Assembly: GCF_003334355.1 (NCBI RefSeq)
Contig: NZ_QOWP01000010.1
Origin: Escherichia coli
GTDB taxonomy: Bacteria; Pseudomonadota; Gammaproteobacteria; Enterobacterales; Enterobacteriaceae
Reading direction: 5' to 3' (one strand)
DNA length: 64,000 nucleotides
This document shows positions 24,190 through 36,959 of the stretch, piece after piece. The number at the start of each line of letters is the position of its first letter. Within the stretch, counting starts at the first letter, position 1. Under the pieces are notes generated by a model. The model was not told the DNA's origin and did not search any database. It saw only the letters and a list, made by a program, of their open reading frames with translations. A program made the translations under genes and the position numbers.

Positions 24190-25508
24190 GTGAATTTTCC
24201 CAGACAGTCCCCGAACTGGTTGCCTGGGCCAGAAAAAATGACTTCTCCATCTCGCTGCCGGTAGACCGACTCTCTTTTCTGCTGGCGGTTGCCACGCTGA
24301 ACGGCGAGCGTCTGGATGGTGAGATGAGTGAAGGCGAGCTGGTGGATGCATTCCGCCATGTGAGTGATGCGTTTGAGCAAACCAGCGAAACCATCGGCGT
24401 GCGCGCCAATAACGCGATCAACGACATGGTGCGTCAACGTCTGCTGAACCGCTTTACCAGCGAGCAGGCGGAAGGGAACGCAATTTACCGTCTGACGCCG
24501 CTCGGCATCGGCATTACTGACTACTACATCCGTCAGCGCGAGTTTTCTACGCTGCGTCTTTCTATGCAGTTGTCGATTGTGGCGGGTGAGCTCAAACGCG
24601 CAGCAGATGCCGCCGAAGAGGGCGGTGATGAATTTCACTGGCACCGTAATGTCTATGCGCCACTGAAATATTCGGTAGCAGAAATTTTCGACAGTATCGA
24701 CCTGACGCAACGTCTGATGGACGAACAGCAGCAGCAGGTGAAGGACGATATCGCCCAGTTGCTGAACAAAGACTGGCGGGCGGCGATTTCCAGCTGTGAA
24801 TTGTTGCTTTCGGAAACTTCCGGAACGCTGCGTGAATTGCAGGATACGCTGGAAGCGGCAGGCGACAAATTGCAGGCTAATCTGTTGCGCATTCAGGATG
24901 CGACGATGACCCATGACGATCTGCATTTCGTCGATCGTCTGGTGTTCGATCTGCAGAGCAAACTCGATCGTATTATCAGTTGGGGCCAGCAATCCATCGA
25001 CTTGTGGATTGGCTACGACCGCCACGTACACAAATTTATTCGTACCGCGATCGATATGGATAAAAACCGCGTCTTTGCTCAGCGGTTACGTCAGTCGGTA
25101 CAAACCTATTTTGATGAGCCGTGGGCGCTAACTTATGCCAATGCCGATCGTCTGCTGGATATGCGTGACGAAGAGATGGCACTGCGCGATGAAGAAGTGA
25201 CTGGGGAACTTCCTGAGGATCTGGAATACGAAGAGTTTAACGAGATCCGCGAACAGCTGGCGGCGATCATCGAAGAACAACTTGCCGTGTACAAAACCAG
25301 ACAAGTGCCGCTGGATCTTGGTCTGGTGGTACGCGAATATCTGTCACAGTATCCGCGTGCACGTCACTTTGACGTTGCGCGTATTGTTATTGATCAGGCG
25401 GTACGTCTTGGCGTAGCGCAAGCAGATTTCACCGGACTGCCAGCGAAATGGCAGCCGATTAATGATTACGGAGCCAAGGTACAGGCGCATGTCATCGACA
25501 AATATTGA
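24186..25508 (+). CDS. mukF: chromosome partition protein MukF (kleisin)
   Basis: 440-aa ORF; start overlaps the cmoM stop (ATGA); recognised as MukF. Confidence 0.95.
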
Positions 25509-26193
25509 ACAAGTGATGCCGGTTAAGCTGGCGCAGGCGCTGGCGAATCCGTTATTTCCGGCGCTGGACAGCGCCTTACGTTCAGGACGCCATATTGGCC
25601 TCGACGAACTGGATAATCATGCATTCCTGATGGATTTTCAGGAATATCTGGAAGAGTTTTACGCGCGTTATAACGTTGAGCTTATTCGCGCACCGGAAGG
25701 GTTCTTCTATTTACGCCCACGTTCCACCACTCTTATCCCGCGTTCCGTCTTGTCGGAACTGGATATGATGGTCGGGAAAATCCTCTGTTATCTCTATCTC
25801 AGCCCGGAACGGCTGGCGAATGAGGGGATTTTCACCCAGCAGGAACTGTACGACGAACTGCTCACCCTGGCCGATGAAGCAAAACTGCTGAAACTGGTGA
25901 ACAACCGTTCAACCGGTTCAGACGTTGACCGTCAGAAGTTGCAGGAGAAAGTACGTTCTTCGCTCAACCGTCTGCGTCGTTTAGGCATGGTGTGGTTTAT
26001 GGGCCACGACAGCAGCAAGTTCCGCATTACCGAATCGGTGTTCCGCTTCGGAGCCGATGTGCGTGCTGGCGACGATCCCCGTGAAGCACAGCGTCGCCTG
26101 ATTCGTGATGGCGAAGCAATGCCGATTGAAAATCATCTGCAACTCAACGATGAAACCGAAGAGAGCCAGCCAGATAGCGGAGAGGAAGAATAA
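25489..26193 (+). CDS. mukE: chromosome partition protein MukE
   Basis: Track ORF is 243 aa; start placed at the ATG at 25489 ([21 protein letters not shown], 234 aa). The start choice among nearby in-frame Met codons is uncertain. Confidence 0.85.
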
Positions 26194-29100
26194 TGATTGA
26201 ACGCGGTAAATTTCGCTCACTGACGCTGATTAACTGGAACGGCTTTTTTGCCCGAACTTTTGACCTTGACGAGCTGGTCACGACGCTTTCCGGCGGTAAC
26301 GGGGCGGGTAAATCCACCACGATGGCGGCGTTCGTTACGGCGCTGATCCCCGACCTGACCCTGCTGCATTTCCGTAACACTACGGAAGCCGGGGCCACCA
26401 GCGGTTCGCGCGATAAAGGTCTGCACGGTAAGCTGAAAGCGGGTGTCTGTTATTCGATGCTCGACACCATTAACTCGCGCCACCAGCGCGTGGTGGTCGG
26501 TGTGCGTCTGCAACAGGTTGCCGGACGCGATCGTAAAGTGGATATCAAACCATTTGCCATTCAGGGACTGCCGATGTCGGTGCAGCCGACACAGCTGGTG
26601 ACCGAAACCCTGAACGAACGCCAGGCGCGCGTGCTGCCGCTTAACGAGCTGAAAGACAAGCTCGAGGCGATGGAAGGCGTGCAGTTTAAACAGTTCAACT
26701 CCATTACCGATTACCACTCGCTGATGTTCGATCTGGGCATCATCGCGCGTCGTCTGCGCTCCGCATCTGACCGTAGCAAATTCTATCGTCTGATCGAAGC
26801 TTCGCTGTATGGCGGGATCTCCAGTGCCATTACCCGTTCTCTGCGCGACTACCTGTTGCCGGAAAACAGCGGCGTGCGTAAAGCGTTCCAGGACATGGAA
26901 GCGGCGCTGCGTGAAAACCGCATGACGCTGGAAGCGATTCGTGTCACCCAGTCGGACCGTGACCTGTTTAAGCATCTGATCAGCGAAGCTACCAACTACG
27001 TGGCGGCGGACTACATGCGTCACGCCAACGAGCGCCGTGTCCATCTCGACAAAGCCCTGGAGTTTCGTCGCGAGTTACATACTTCGCGTCAGCAACTGGC
27101 GGCTGAGCAGTACAAACACGTCGATATGGCGCGTGAGCTGGCAGAGCACAACGGTGCCGAAGGCGATCTGGAAGCGGATTATCAGGCGGCCAGCGATCAC
27201 CTGAACCTGGTGCAAACCGCACTGCGTCAGCAGGAGAAGATCGAACGCTACGAAGCGGATCTCGATGAGCTGCAGATCCGTCTGGAAGAGCAAAACGAAG
27301 TGGTGGCAGAAGCCATCGAACGCCAGGAAGAGAACGAGGCTCGCGCGGAAGCTGCCGAACTGGAAGTGGACGAGCTGAAAAGCCAGCTTGCTGACTACCA
27401 GCAGGCGCTGGACGTCCAGCAAACGCGCGCGATCCAGTATAACCAGGCGATTGCTGCACTTAATCGTGCCAAAGAACTGTGCCATCTGCCGGACTTAACC
27501 GCCGACAGCGCCGCCGAATGGCTGGAAACCTTCCAGGCGAAAGAGCTGGAAGCGACTGAAAAAATGCTCTCTCTTGAGCAGAAAATGAGCATGGCGCAAA
27601 CCGCGCACAGCCAGTTTGAGCAGGCTTATCAGCTGGTGGTGGCAATCAACGGCCCACTGGCGCGTAACGAGGCGTGGGATGTCGCTCGCGAACTATTGCG
27701 CGAAGGGGTCGATCAGCGTCACCTGGCAGAGCAGGTTCAGCCGCTGCGGATGCGATTAAGCGAACTGGAACAGCGTCTACGCGAGCAGCAAGAAGCTGAG
27801 CGTCTGCTGGCAGATTTCTGCAAACGTCAGGGCAAGAATTTTGATATCGACGAACTGGAAGCCCTGCATCAGGAACTGGAAGCACGCATTGCCTCTCTTT
27901 CCGATAGCGTGTCTAACGCCCGTGAAGAGCGCATGGCACTGCGCCAGGAGCAGGAACAGCTGCAGTCTCGCATTCAGAGTTTGATGCAGCGTGCGCCGGT
28001 TTGGCTGGCAGCGCAAAACAGTCTCAACCAGTTGAGCGAACAGTGCGGCGAAGAGTTTACCTCCAGCCAGGACGTCACCGAATATCTGCAACAGTTGCTG
28101 GAGCGTGAGCGAGAGGCGATTGTTGAACGCGATGAAGTGGGCGCGCGCAAAAACGCCGTCGATGAAGAGATCGAACGTTTAAGCCAGCCTGGCGGCTCTG
28201 AAGATCAGCGTCTGAACGCGCTGGCGGAGCGTTTTGGTGGTGTGCTGCTGTCAGAAATTTATGACGACGTTAGCCTGGAAGATGCGCCGTACTTCTCAGC
28301 GCTGTATGGCCCGTCACGCCACGCCATCGTGGTGCCAGATCTGTCACAGGTAACTGAACACCTGGAAGGCTTGACCGATTGCCCGGAAGATCTCTATCTG
28401 ATCGAAGGAGATCCGCAGTCATTCGATGACAGCGTGTTCAGCGTTGATGAGCTGGAAAAAGCGGTAGTGGTGAAAATCGCCGATCGTCAGTGGCGTTATT
28501 CACGTTTCCCGGAAGTGCCGCTGTTTGGTCGTGCTGCGCGTGAAAGCCGTATTGAAAGCCTCCATGCCGAGCGTGAAGTGCTTTCCGAACGCTTCGCCAC
28601 GCTCTCCTTTGATGTACAGAAAACTCAGCGTCTGCATCAGGCGTTCAGCCGCTTTATCGGCAGTCATCTGGCGGTTGCGTTTGAGTCTGACCCGGAAGCA
28701 GAAATCCGTCAACTGAACAGCCGTCGCGTCGAACTGGAGCGGGCGTTAAGTAATCATGAAAATGATAACCAGCAGCAGCGTATTCAGTTTGAGCAGGCGA
28801 AAGAGGGCGTTACGGCGCTGAACCGCATTCTGCCGCGTCTCAACCTGTTGGCTGATGACAGCCTGGCGGATCGCGTCGATGAAATCCGCGAACGTCTGGA
28901 TGAAGCCCAGGAAGCCGCGCGTTTTGTTCAGCAGTTTGGCAATCAACTGGCGAAACTGGAACCGATTGTTTCGGTATTGCAGAGCGACCCGGAACAGTTC
29001 GAACAGTTAAAAGAAGATTACGCGTACTCTCAGCAGATGCAGCGCGATGCCCGTCAGCAGGCGTTTGCCCTGACGGAAGTGGTGCAGCGTCGTGCGCACT

Positions 29101-30653
29101 TTAGCTATTCTGACTCGGCAGAAATGCTTAGCGGTAACAGCGATCTCAACGAAAAACTGCGTGAACGTCTGGAACAGGCGGAAGCGGAGCGTACCCGCGC
29201 TCGCGAAGCGTTGCGCGGTCACGCAGCGCAGTTGAGTCAGTACAACCAGGTGCTGGCTTCGCTGAAAAGTTCTTACGACACCAAAAAAGAGCTACTCAAC
29301 GATCTGCAACGTGAATTGCAGGATATCGGCGTGCGTGCTGATAGCGGGGCAGAAGAGCGGGCGCGTATTCGCCGTGACGAGCTGCATGCGCAACTGAGCA
29401 ATAACCGTTCACGCCGCAATCAACTGGAAAAAGCGCTTACCTTCTGCGAAGCGGAGATGGACAACCTGACCCGCAAACTGCGCAAGCTGGAGCGGGATTA
29501 CTTTGAGATGCGCGAGCAGGTAGTGACCGCCAAAGCGGGCTGGTGTGCGGTGATGCGCATGGTGAAAGATAACGGCGTTGAGCGCCGCTTACACCGTCGT
29601 GAGCTGGCTTATCTCTCCGCTGATGATTTGCGTTCCATGTCGGATAAGGCGTTAGGTGCGCTGCGTCTGGCGGTGGCGGATAACGAACATCTGCGCGACG
29701 TGCTGCGCATGTCGGAAGATCCGAAACGTCCGGAGCGTAAAATTCAGTTCTTCGTGGCGGTTTATCAGCATCTGCGTGAACGTATTCGTCAGGATATTAT
29801 TCGTACCGATGATCCGGTGGAAGCTATCGAACAGATGGAGATTGAACTTAGCCGTCTGACCGAAGAATTAACCTCCCGTGAACAGAAACTGGCGATCAGT
29901 TCCCGCAGCGTGGCGAACATCATTCGCAAAACCATTCAGCGCGAGCAGAACCGTATCAGTATGCTCAACCAGGGGTTGCAGAACGTATCGTTTGGTCAGG
30001 TGAACAGCGTGCGTCTCAACGTGAACGTGCGTGAAACGCACGCCATGCTACTGGATGTGCTCTCTGAACAGCACGAGCAGCATCAGGATCTGTTTAACAG
30101 CAACCGTTTGACCTTCTCGGAAGCGCTGGCGAAACTGTATCAACGTCTTAACCCGCAGATTGATATGGGGCAGCGCACGCCGCAGACCATCGGTGAAGAA
30201 CTGCTGGATTACCGCAACTATCTGGAAATGGAAGTTGAGGTTAACCGTGGTTCCGATGGCTGGCTGCGCGCAGAGTCTGGTGCATTGTCGACCGGTGAGG
30301 CGATTGGTACCGGTATGTCGATTCTGGTGATGGTGGTACAAAGCTGGGAAGATGAATCTCGCCGCCTGCGCGGTAAAGATATCTCTCCTTGCCGCCTGCT
30401 GTTCCTCGATGAAGCAGCGCGACTGGATGCTCGTTCTATCGCCACGCTGTTTGAATTGTGTGAGCGTTTGCAAATGCAACTCATCATCGCAGCGCCGGAA
30501 AATATCAGCCCGGAGAAAGGCACCACCTATAAACTGGTGCGTAAAGTCTTCCAGAATACCGAACACGTTCATGTCGTCGGCCTGCGAGGATTTGCGCCGC
30601 AACTCCCTGAAACGCTTCCAGGAACTGACGAAGCGCCTTCTCAGGCGAGTTAA
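26193..30653 (+). CDS. mukB: chromosome partition protein MukB (SMC-like condensin ATPase)
   Basis: 1486-aa ORF; Walker [10 protein letters not shown], long coiled-coil middle; start overlaps the mukE stop by 1 nt (TAATG). Confidence 0.97.
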   Translation: MIERGKFRSLTLINWNGFFARTFDLDELVTTLSGGNGAGKSTTMAAFVTALIPDLTLLHFRNTTEAGATSGSRDKGLHGKLKAGVCYSMLDTINSRHQRVVVGVRLQQVAGRDRKVDIKPFAIQGLPMSVQPTQLVTETLNERQARVLPLNELKDKLEAMEGVQFKQFNSITDYHSLMFDLGIIARRLRSASDRSKFYRLIEASLYGGISSAITRSLRDYLLPENSGVRKAFQDMEAALRENRMTLEAIRVTQSDRDLFKHLISEATNYVAADYMRHANERRVHLDKALEFRRELHTSRQQLAAEQYKHVDMARELAEHNGAEGDLEADYQAASDHLNLVQTALRQQEKIERYEADLDELQIRLEEQNEVVAEAIERQEENEARAEAAELEVDELKSQLADYQQALDVQQTRAIQYNQAIAALNRAKELCHLPDLTADSAAEWLETFQAKELEATEKMLSLEQKMSMAQTAHSQFEQAYQLVVAINGPLARNEAWDVARELLREGVDQRHLAEQVQPLRMRLSELEQRLREQQEAERLLADFCKRQGKNFDIDELEALHQELEARIASLSDSVSNAREERMALRQEQEQLQSRIQSLMQRAPVWLAAQNSLNQLSEQCGEEFTSSQDVTEYLQQLLEREREAIVERDEVGARKNAVDEEIERLSQPGGSEDQRLNALAERFGGVLLSEIYDDVSLEDAPYFSALYGPSRHAIVVPDLSQVTEHLEGLTDCPEDLYLIEGDPQSFDDSVFSVDELEKAVVVKIADRQWRYSRFPEVPLFGRAARESRIESLHAEREVLSERFATLSFDVQKTQRLHQAFSRFIGSHLAVAFESDPEAEIRQLNSRRVELERALSNHENDNQQQRIQFEQAKEGVTALNRILPRLNLLADDSLADRVDEIRERLDEAQEAARFVQQFGNQLAKLEPIVSVLQSDPEQFEQLKEDYAYSQQMQRDARQQAFALTEVVQRRAHFSYSDSAEMLSGNSDLNEKLRERLEQAEAERTRAREALRGHAAQLSQYNQVLASLKSSYDTKKELLNDLQRELQDIGVRADSGAEERARIRRDELHAQLSNNRSRRNQLEKALTFCEAEMDNLTRKLRKLERDYFEMREQVVTAKAGWCAVMRMVKDNGVERRLHRRELAYLSADDLRSMSDKALGALRLAVADNEHLRDVLRMSEDPKRPERKIQFFVAVYQHLRERIRQDIIRTDDPVEAIEQMEIELSRLTEELTSREQKLAISSRSVANIIRKTIQREQNRISMLNQGLQNVSFGQVNSVRLNVNVRETHAMLLDVLSEQHEQHQDLFNSNRLTFSEALAKLYQRLNPQIDMGQRTPQTIGEELLDYRNYLEMEVEVNRGSDGWLRAESGALSTGEAIGTGMSILVMVVQSWEDESRRLRGKDISPCRLLFLDEAARLDARSIATLFELCERLQMQLIIAAPENISPEKGTTYKLVRKVFQNTEHVHVVGLRGFAPQLPETLPGTDEAPSQAS

Positions 30654-30657
30654 AATT

Positions 30658-30688
30658 AAGGCGGCAGCAATGCCGCCTTTTCTTTTTC
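30658..30688 (+). terminator. mukB rho-independent terminator
   Basis: aaggcggca/gcaa/tgccgcctt perfect 9-bp stem followed by ttctttttcc. Confidence 0.65.
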
Positions 30689-30913
30689 CGAAAACTCCGT
30701 TTCTGCACTAAAAAAGTGGCACATTACGGCGCGCTTTTCTTTAAACTTCTTTACATTAGGTTATGTAAAAACGTATCGGCGTTTATATACTGAAGATAAG
30801 CCTGATGAGTAACAGGCTTGCTCGTCATACTTTCGTGAGTATTGGCGTTGTACAGGCAAGTCGTAAAATAACAGCCTGGCTATTCAGAGTATGATAAAAA
30901 CAGGGGGCAAGGG

Positions 30914-32761
30914 ATGTTGCTTAATATGATGTGTGGTCGTCGGCTGTCGGCAATCAGTTTGTGCCTGGCCGTAACATTCGCTCCACTGTTCAATGCGCAG
31001 GCCGATGAGCCTGAAGTAATCCCTGGCGACAGCCCGGTGGCTGTCAGTGAACAGGGCGAGGCACTGCCGCAGGCGCAAGCCACGGCAATAATGGTGGGGA
31101 TCCAGCCATTGCCTGAAGGTGCGGCAGAAAAAGCCCGCACGCAAATCGAATCTCAATTACCCGCAGGTTACAAGCCGGTTTATCTTAACCAGCTTCAACT
31201 GTTGTATGCCGCACGCGATATGCAACCCATGTGGGAAAACCGTGATGCTGTTAAAGCCTTCCAGCAACAGCTGGCAGAGGTGGCGATTGCCGGTTTCCAG
31301 CCGCAGTTTAATAAATGGGTAGAGTTACTGACCGATCCTGGTGTTAACGGGATGGCACGCGACGTGGTGCTCTCTGATGCGATGATGGGCTATCTCCATT
31401 TCATTGCAAATATTCCGGTCAAAGGCACTCGCTGGCTATATAGCAGTAAACCTTATGCACTTGCAACGCCGCCGCTCTCGGTGATTAACCAATGGCAGCT
31501 GGCGCTGGATAAAGGTCAATTGCCTACGTTTGTTGCAGGACTGGCACCGCAGCATCCGCAATATGCGGCGATGCATGAATCGTTACTGGCCTTACTCAGT
31601 GACACCAAACCGTGGCCCCAACTGACCGGCAAAGCAACGTTGCGCCCAGGGCAGTGGAGTAACGACGTACCGGCGTTGCGCGAAATATTGCAACGCACAG
31701 GCATGTTGGACGGGGGGCCGAAAATTACTCTACCTGGCGATGACACGCCAACTGACGCGGTAGTCAGCCCATCCGCTGTTACTGTTGAAACAGCAGAAAC
31801 TAAGCCGATGGATAAGCAAACGACGTCTCGTAGTAAACCTGCGCCTGCCGTTCGCGCCACCTACGATAATGAACTGGTGGAAGCCGTTAAACGTTTTCAG
31901 GCATGGCAAGGATTGGGGGCAGATGGTGCTATTGGCCCGGCAACACGTGACTGGTTAAACGTAACGCCCGCCCAGCGTGCTGGCGTGTTGGCTCTCAACA
32001 TCCAGCGATTGCGCTTGCTGCCAACAGAGCTTTCTACCGGGATCATGGTTAACATTCCGGCCTATTCGCTGGTCTACTATCAGAACGGCAATCAGGTGCT
32101 GGATTCGCGAGTCATTGTCGGTCGCCCCGATCGCAAAACGCCGATGATGAGCAGTGCCCTTAACAACGTAGTGGTAAACCCGCCGTGGAACGTACCTCCA
32201 ACTCTGGCACGCAAAGATATTCTGCCAAAAGTGCGCAACGATCCGGGATATCTCGAAAGCCATGGCTATACGGTGATGCGCGGCTGGAACAGCAGAGAAG
32301 CGATTGACCCATGGCAGGTTGACTGGTCTACAATCACGGCCTCGAATTTACCGTTCCGCTTCCAGCAGGCTCCAGGCCCACGGAACTCGCTGGGGCGCTA
32401 TAAATTCAATATGCCGAGTTCAGAGGCCATTTATTTGCATGACACGCCGAACCACAATCTGTTCAAGCGTGATACACGCGCATTGAGCTCAGGCTGTGTA
32501 CGAGTGAATAAAGCTTCCGATCTGGCGAATATGCTGTTGCAGGATGCAGGCTGGAATGACAAACGTATTTCTGATGCGCTGAAGCAGGGTGATACACGTT
32601 ACGTCAATATTCGGCAGTCGATTCCGGTGAATCTCTACTACCTGACGGCCTTTGTTGGTGCAGATGGTCGTACCCAGTATCGTACAGATATTTACAATTA
32701 TGATCTGCCTGCGCGATCCAGCTCGCAAATCGTATCGAAAGCGGAACAATTAATCAGGTAA
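30914..32761 (+). CDS. ldtD: L,D-transpeptidase (YkuD domain) with peptidoglycan-binding domain
   Basis: 615-aa ORF with signal peptide; catalytic-Cys motif region (LSSGCVRV) recognised as YcbB/LdtD. Confidence 0.9.
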   Translation: MLLNMMCGRRLSAISLCLAVTFAPLFNAQADEPEVIPGDSPVAVSEQGEALPQAQATAIMVGIQPLPEGAAEKARTQIESQLPAGYKPVYLNQLQLLYAARDMQPMWENRDAVKAFQQQLAEVAIAGFQPQFNKWVELLTDPGVNGMARDVVLSDAMMGYLHFIANIPVKGTRWLYSSKPYALATPPLSVINQWQLALDKGQLPTFVAGLAPQHPQYAAMHESLLALLSDTKPWPQLTGKATLRPGQWSNDVPALREILQRTGMLDGGPKITLPGDDTPTDAVVSPSAVTVETAETKPMDKQTTSRSKPAPAVRATYDNELVEAVKRFQAWQGLGADGAIGPATRDWLNVTPAQRAGVLALNIQRLRLLPTELSTGIMVNIPAYSLVYYQNGNQVLDSRVIVGRPDRKTPMMSSALNNVVVNPPWNVPPTLARKDILPKVRNDPGYLESHGYTVMRGWNSREAIDPWQVDWSTITASNLPFRFQQAPGPRNSLGRYKFNMPSSEAIYLHDTPNHNLFKRDTRALSSGCVRVNKASDLANMLLQDAGWNDKRISDALKQGDTRYVNIRQSIPVNLYYLTAFVGADGRTQYRTDIYNYDLPARSSSQIVSKAEQLIR

Positions 32762-32941
32762 ATGAAGTAGTTCGGGGAAATCAGTTGTCGTAATAATTAG
32801 CATGATTGGGGGCGATTCTCTGCAGCCCCCGTCACTGCTGGGGTTGAGTCATCTTGACGTCTGCTTTACGGGCGGTTAAGGTGCCTCTTGTGCGCCAGAA
32901 GTGCATATAAACGATAACATTGACCTGTAGACTTGATTATC

Positions 32942-33490
32942 ATGGACAAATTCGACGCTAATCGCCGCAAATTGCTGGCGCTTGGTGGCGTTGCACTCGG
33001 TGCCGCCATCCTGCCGACCCCTGCGTTTGCAACACTCTCTACCCCACGCCCGCGCATTTTGACACTCAATAATCTTCATACCGGAGAGTCAATCAAAGCG
33101 GAGTTTTTCGATGGCAGAGGCTATATTCAGGAAGAATTGGCAAAACTTAACCATTTTTTCCGCGATTACCGCGCGAACAAAATAAAGTCCATCGACCCAG
33201 GATTATTCGACCAGTTGTATCGCCTGCAAGGGTTGTTAGGCACGCGCAAACCGGTGCAACTCATTTCCGGTTATCGTTCTATTGATACCAACAATGAACT
33301 ACGCGCCCGCAGCCGTGGAGTAGCGAAGAAAAGCTATCACACTAAAGGCCAGGCGATGGATTTCCATATTGAAGGTATCGCGTTAAGCAATATTCGCAAA
33401 GCCGCGTTATCTATGCGCGCAGGTGGTGTAGGATATTATCCACGTAGTAACTTTGTGCATATTGATACCGGGCCAGCACGGCACTGGTAG
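32942..33490 (+). CDS. mepK: Tat-exported peptidoglycan endopeptidase (DUF882 / M15-like)
   Basis: Trimmed to the ATG at 32942 (MDKFDANRRKLLALGGVALGAA, twin-arginine signal; 182 aa). Confidence 0.85.
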   Translation: MDKFDANRRKLLALGGVALGAAILPTPAFATLSTPRPRILTLNNLHTGESIKAEFFDGRGYIQEELAKLNHFFRDYRANKIKSIDPGLFDQLYRLQGLLGTRKPVQLISGYRSIDTNNELRARSRGVAKKSYHTKGQAMDFHIEGIALSNIRKAALSMRAGGVGYYPRSNFVHIDTGPARHW

Positions 33491-33516
33491 TAATTGCTTA
33501 ACGAAACAGGGGCAGT

Positions 33517-34164
33517 ATGAACTATCGTATTATTCCGGTCACCGCATTCTCCCAGAACTGTTCATTAATCTGGTGTGAACAAACCCGTCTGGCCGCACTG
33601 GTCGATCCTGGCGGCGATGCGGAAAAAATCAAACAGGAAGTTGATGACAGCGGCCTGACACTGATGCAGATCCTGCTGACTCATGGTCATCTGGACCACG
33701 TTGGCGCAGCGGCGGAACTGGCGCAACATTACGGCGTGCCGGTTTTCGGCCCGGAAAAAGAAGATGAGTTCTGGCTGCAAGGCTTGCCTGCGCAAAGTCG
33801 TATGTTTGGTCTGGAAGAGTGCCAGCCGCTGACGCCAGATCGTTGGCTGAACGAAGGCGATACCATCAGCATAGGGAATGTGACTTTACAGGTGTTACAT
33901 TGCCCTGGGCATACGCCGGGTCATGTCGTGTTTTTTGATGATCGGGCAAAGCTGCTGATTTCTGGCGATGTTATTTTCAAAGGCGGAGTAGGGCGCAGTG
34001 ACTTCCCGCGTGGCGATCATAATCAACTGATTTCTTCAATCAAAGATAAATTGCTGCCACTGGGGGATGACGTGATATTTATTCCGGGTCACGGACCATT
34101 ATCCACACTTGGTTATGAACGCCTGCATAATCCCTTCCTGCAAGACGAAATGCCCGTCTGGTAA
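33517..34164 (+). CDS. gloC: metallo-beta-lactamase-fold hydroxyacylglutathione hydrolase (glyoxalase II-type)
   Basis: 215-aa ORF; HxHxDH motif (THGHLDHVG). Confidence 0.9.
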
Positions 34165-34170
34165 GGCACA

Positions 34171-34196
34171 TAAAAAAGCCCGCTTTTAATGCGGGC
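34171..34196 (-). terminator. rho-independent terminator for aspC transcripts
   Basis: Stem gcccgc/gcgggc (34178-34196) preceded on + by aaaaaa, giving hairpin + U-run on the minus strand. Confidence 0.5.
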
Positions 34197-34227
34197 CTGG
34201 ATTTCTGGCAAAGTGCGCTTTGTTTAT

Positions 34228-34325
34228 GCCGGATGCGGCACGAGCGCCTTATCCGGCCTACAAAATCGTGCAAATTCAAAATATTGCAGGGGACGCGTAG
34301 GCCTGATAAGCGTAGCGCATCAGGC
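34228..34325. repeat. BIME: two REP (repetitive extragenic palindromic) units in inverted orientation
   Basis: gccggatgcggcacgagcgccttatccggcctac (34228-34261) and gtaggcctgataagcgtagcgcatcaggc (34297-34325) match the E. coli REP consensus. Confidence 0.8.
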
Positions 34326-34349
34326 AATGTTGCGTTTGTCATCAGTCTC

Positions 34350-34380
34350 AGCCCGCTTTTCAGCGGGCTTCATTGTTTTT
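34350..34380 (+). terminator. hairpin + T-rich tail (terminator-like for + strand transcripts from gloC)
   Basis: agcccgc/ttttca/gcgggct perfect 7-bp stem followed by tcattgttttt. Confidence 0.4.
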
Positions 34381-34385
34381 AATGC

Positions 34386-35576
34386 TTACAGCACTGCCAC
34401 AATCGCTTCGCACAGCGGAGCCATGTTATCTGGTGTCATCCCGGCCACATTTACGCGACCAGAAGCAACCGCATATACGCCAAACTCTTCGCGCAGACGC
34501 AGCACTTGTTCTTTTGTCAGGCCACTGAAGGAGAACATGCCGTTCTGTTTGATGATAAAGCTGAAGTCGCGGTTTGCGCCTTTTTCCTGCAGCGTATTGA
34601 CGAACAACTGACGCATACGCTGAATACGCTGGCGCATATCAGTCAGCTCTTGTTCCCAAATCGCACGTAACGCATCGTTGCTCAGGATGGTGGCAACAAC
34701 AGAAGCGCCGTGTGCTGGTGGGTTAGAGTAGTTAGCGCGAATCGCCGCTTTCATTTGGCTGAATGCGCGATCAACGGTTTCACTGTCGGCAGCAACCAGA
34801 GTACAAGCGCCAACACGCTCGTTGTACAGGCCAAAGTTTTTAGAGTAGGAACTGGCAACAATCAGCTCTTTATGCATAGCCGCGAAAGCGCGCAGTCCTT
34901 CAGCATCTTCTTCCAGACCACGGGCAAAACCCTGGTAAGCGAAGTCAAACAGCGGTAACCAGCCTTTCTCAACGGAGAGTTGTGCCAGTGTTTGCCATTG
35001 TTCCAGCGTAGGGTCGATACCGGTTGGGTTATGGCAGCAGCCATGGAACAGCACTACGTCGCCAGCCTGAGCTTCATTCAGGCTGTTAATCAGTGCATCG
35101 AAGTCAAGAGTGTGATTTTCCGCATCATAATAAGCGTATTCACGAACTTCCAGACCTGCAGAGTTAAAGACGCTCTTATGGTTCGGCCAGCTTGGGTTGC
35201 TCACCCACACACGCTTAACGCTGGTATTTTTTGCCAGGAAATCGGCAGCCACGCGTAGTGCGCCAGTGCCCCCCGGAGTCTGTGCCGTGCGAGCACGTTT
35301 GTCATTGATCAGGGCGCTACCTTTACCAAACAGCAGTTCCTGAGTGCAGCGACCAAATTCAGGGATGCCGTCAATGCCGAGGTAATTTTTGGTGGTTTCA
35401 TTTTCGAGCAGATACTGTTCAGCCTTTTTCACGCTGGTCAGTACCGGGGTTTTGCCCGTCTCATCTTTATAGACACCAATCCCGAGGTTAATTTTGCCGG
35501 GACGTTCATCGGCACGAAACAGATCGGCCAGGCCCAGAATCGGGTCGGCAGGAGCGGCGGTAATGTTCTCAAACAT
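34386..35576 (-). CDS. aspC: aspartate aminotransferase
   Basis: 396-aa ORF; [36 protein letters not shown] recognised. Confidence 0.97.
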   Translation of the reverse strand: MFENITAAPADPILGLADLFRADERPGKINLGIGVYKDETGKTPVLTSVKKAEQYLLENETTKNYLGIDGIPEFGRCTQELLFGKGSALINDKRARTAQTPGGTGALRVAADFLAKNTSVKRVWVSNPSWPNHKSVFNSAGLEVREYAYYDAENHTLDFDALINSLNEAQAGDVVLFHGCCHNPTGIDPTLEQWQTLAQLSVEKGWLPLFDFAYQGFARGLEEDAEGLRAFAAMHKELIVASSYSKNFGLYNERVGACTLVAADSETVDRAFSQMKAAIRANYSNPPAHGASVVATILSNDALRAIWEQELTDMRQRIQRMRQLFVNTLQEKGANRDFSFIIKQNGMFSFSGLTKEQVLRLREEFGVYAVASGRVNVAGMTPDNMAPLCEAIVAVL

Positions 35577-35705
35577 GACGAGGTTCCATTATGGTTACAG
35601 AAGGGAAGTCCGCTATCAGGGTAACGGGAGATTTACAAAATTCCAACTATTACTGATGAAAACTCAGGCTGTTTTTGCAAGACGTGAGATTGCTCTGGAA
35701 GGTAT

Positions 35706-35735
35706 AAAAAAAACAGGACCAAAGTCCTGTTTTTT
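35706..35735 (-). terminator. ompF rho-independent terminator (bidirectional-looking)
   Basis: aaaaaaa acaggac caaa gtcctgt ttttt: perfect 7-bp stem flanked by an A-run and a T-run. Confidence 0.65.
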
Positions 35736-35760
35736 CGGCATTTAACAAAGAGGTGTGCTA

Positions 35761-36849
35761 TTAGAACTGGTAAACGATACCCACAGCAACGGTGTCGTCT
35801 GAACCTACGCCCAGTTTGTTGTCAGAATCGATCTGGTTGATGATGTAGTCAACATAGGTGGACATATTTTTGTTGAAGTAGTAGGTTGCGCCCACTTCAA
35901 AGTAGTTCACCAGATCAACATCACCGATACCTTCTACGTCTTTCGCTTTAGATTTGGTGTAAGCGATGGACGGACGCAGACCGAAATCGAACTGGTATTG
36001 CGCAACTAACAGAACGTCTTGCGTTTTGTTGGCGAAGCCGCTGGTGTTTGTAAATTTATTAGTAATCGGCGTAGCGTTACGGGTTTCACCGTAGTTCGCT
36101 GCCAGGTAGATGTTGTTCGCGTCGTACTTCAGACCAGTAGCCCACTGTTCAGCTTTTTTACCGTTGCCAAGAGGTTGAGCTTCTTGCAGGTTGGTACGGT
36201 CAGCTGCACCATAAGCACCAACGATACCAAAGCCTTCGTATTCGTAGCTGATAGAACCGCCAACACCGTCGCCGTTAGAGCGGCGTGCAGTGTCACGCTC
36301 GTTTTTACCCAGGTACTGAACAGCGAAGTTCAGGCCATCAACCAGACCAAAGAAGTTGGAGTTACGATAGGTAGCAACGCCGCCAACACGACCAACGAAG
36401 AAGTCATCGCTGTATGCAGTATCACCACCAAATTCTGGCAGCATATCGGTGTAACCCAGTGCATCATAAACCACACCGTAGTTACGGCCGTAATCGAAAG
36501 AACCAATGTCAGCGTATTTAAGACCCGCGAATGCCAGACGCGTTTTGTTACCAGTTTGAGCGTCAGCGCCTTCAGAGTTGTTACCCTGGAAGTTATATTC
36601 CCACTGACCATAACCGGTCAGATCGGAATTGATTTGTGTTTCCCCTTTAAAACCAAGACGGGCATAAGTTTTGTCGCCGTTTCCGCCGTAACTGTTTACA
36701 CCATTGTCTTTAGAAAAATAATGCAGACCGACAGCTTTACCGTACAGATCTACTTTGTTGCCATCTTTGTTATAGATTTCTGCAGCGTTTGCAGTACCTG
36801 CTACTAACAGAGCAGGGACGATCACTGCCAGAATATTGCGCTTCATCAT
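35761..36849 (-). CDS. ompF: outer membrane porin F
   Basis: 362-aa ORF; [38 protein letters not shown] ... VGIVYQF recognised. Confidence 0.97.
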   Translation of the reverse strand: MMKRNILAVIVPALLVAGTANAAEIYNKDGNKVDLYGKAVGLHYFSKDNGVNSYGGNGDKTYARLGFKGETQINSDLTGYGQWEYNFQGNNSEGADAQTGNKTRLAFAGLKYADIGSFDYGRNYGVVYDALGYTDMLPEFGGDTAYSDDFFVGRVGGVATYRNSNFFGLVDGLNFAVQYLGKNERDTARRSNGDGVGGSISYEYEGFGIVGAYGAADRTNLQEAQPLGNGKKAEQWATGLKYDANNIYLAANYGETRNATPITNKFTNTSGFANKTQDVLLVAQYQFDFGLRPSIAYTKSKAKDVEGIGDVDLVNYFEVGATYYFNKNMSTYVDYIINQIDSDNKLGVGSDDTVAVGIVYQF

Positions 36850-36959
36850 TATTTATTACCCTCATGGTTTTTTTTATGACACCTGCCACTGCCGTCAATA
36901 AGTTCTGTCAATAAAAATTTACGGAGCTATTGATGAGAGTTTGGTGTCTTTATGTGTCT

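Noticed and set aside
24147-25031. 294-aa minus-strand ORF inside mukF, plus many 60-180-aa ORFs on both strands inside mukB (26217-30602)
   Set aside because: Antisense or out-of-frame artefacts in long GC-rich genes; Arg, Ala and Pro-rich translations typical of spurious frames.
30799-30820. CUGAUGAG motif inside a hairpin (aagcctg/atgagtaa/caggctt), superficially hammerhead-ribozyme-like
   Set aside because: The rest of the hammerhead core (GAAA junction, cleavage triplet, three-stem architecture) is absent on either strand; most likely a chance match in the ldtD promoter region.
36019-36807. 262-aa + strand ORF inside ompF
   Set aside because: Antisense to ompF; no support.
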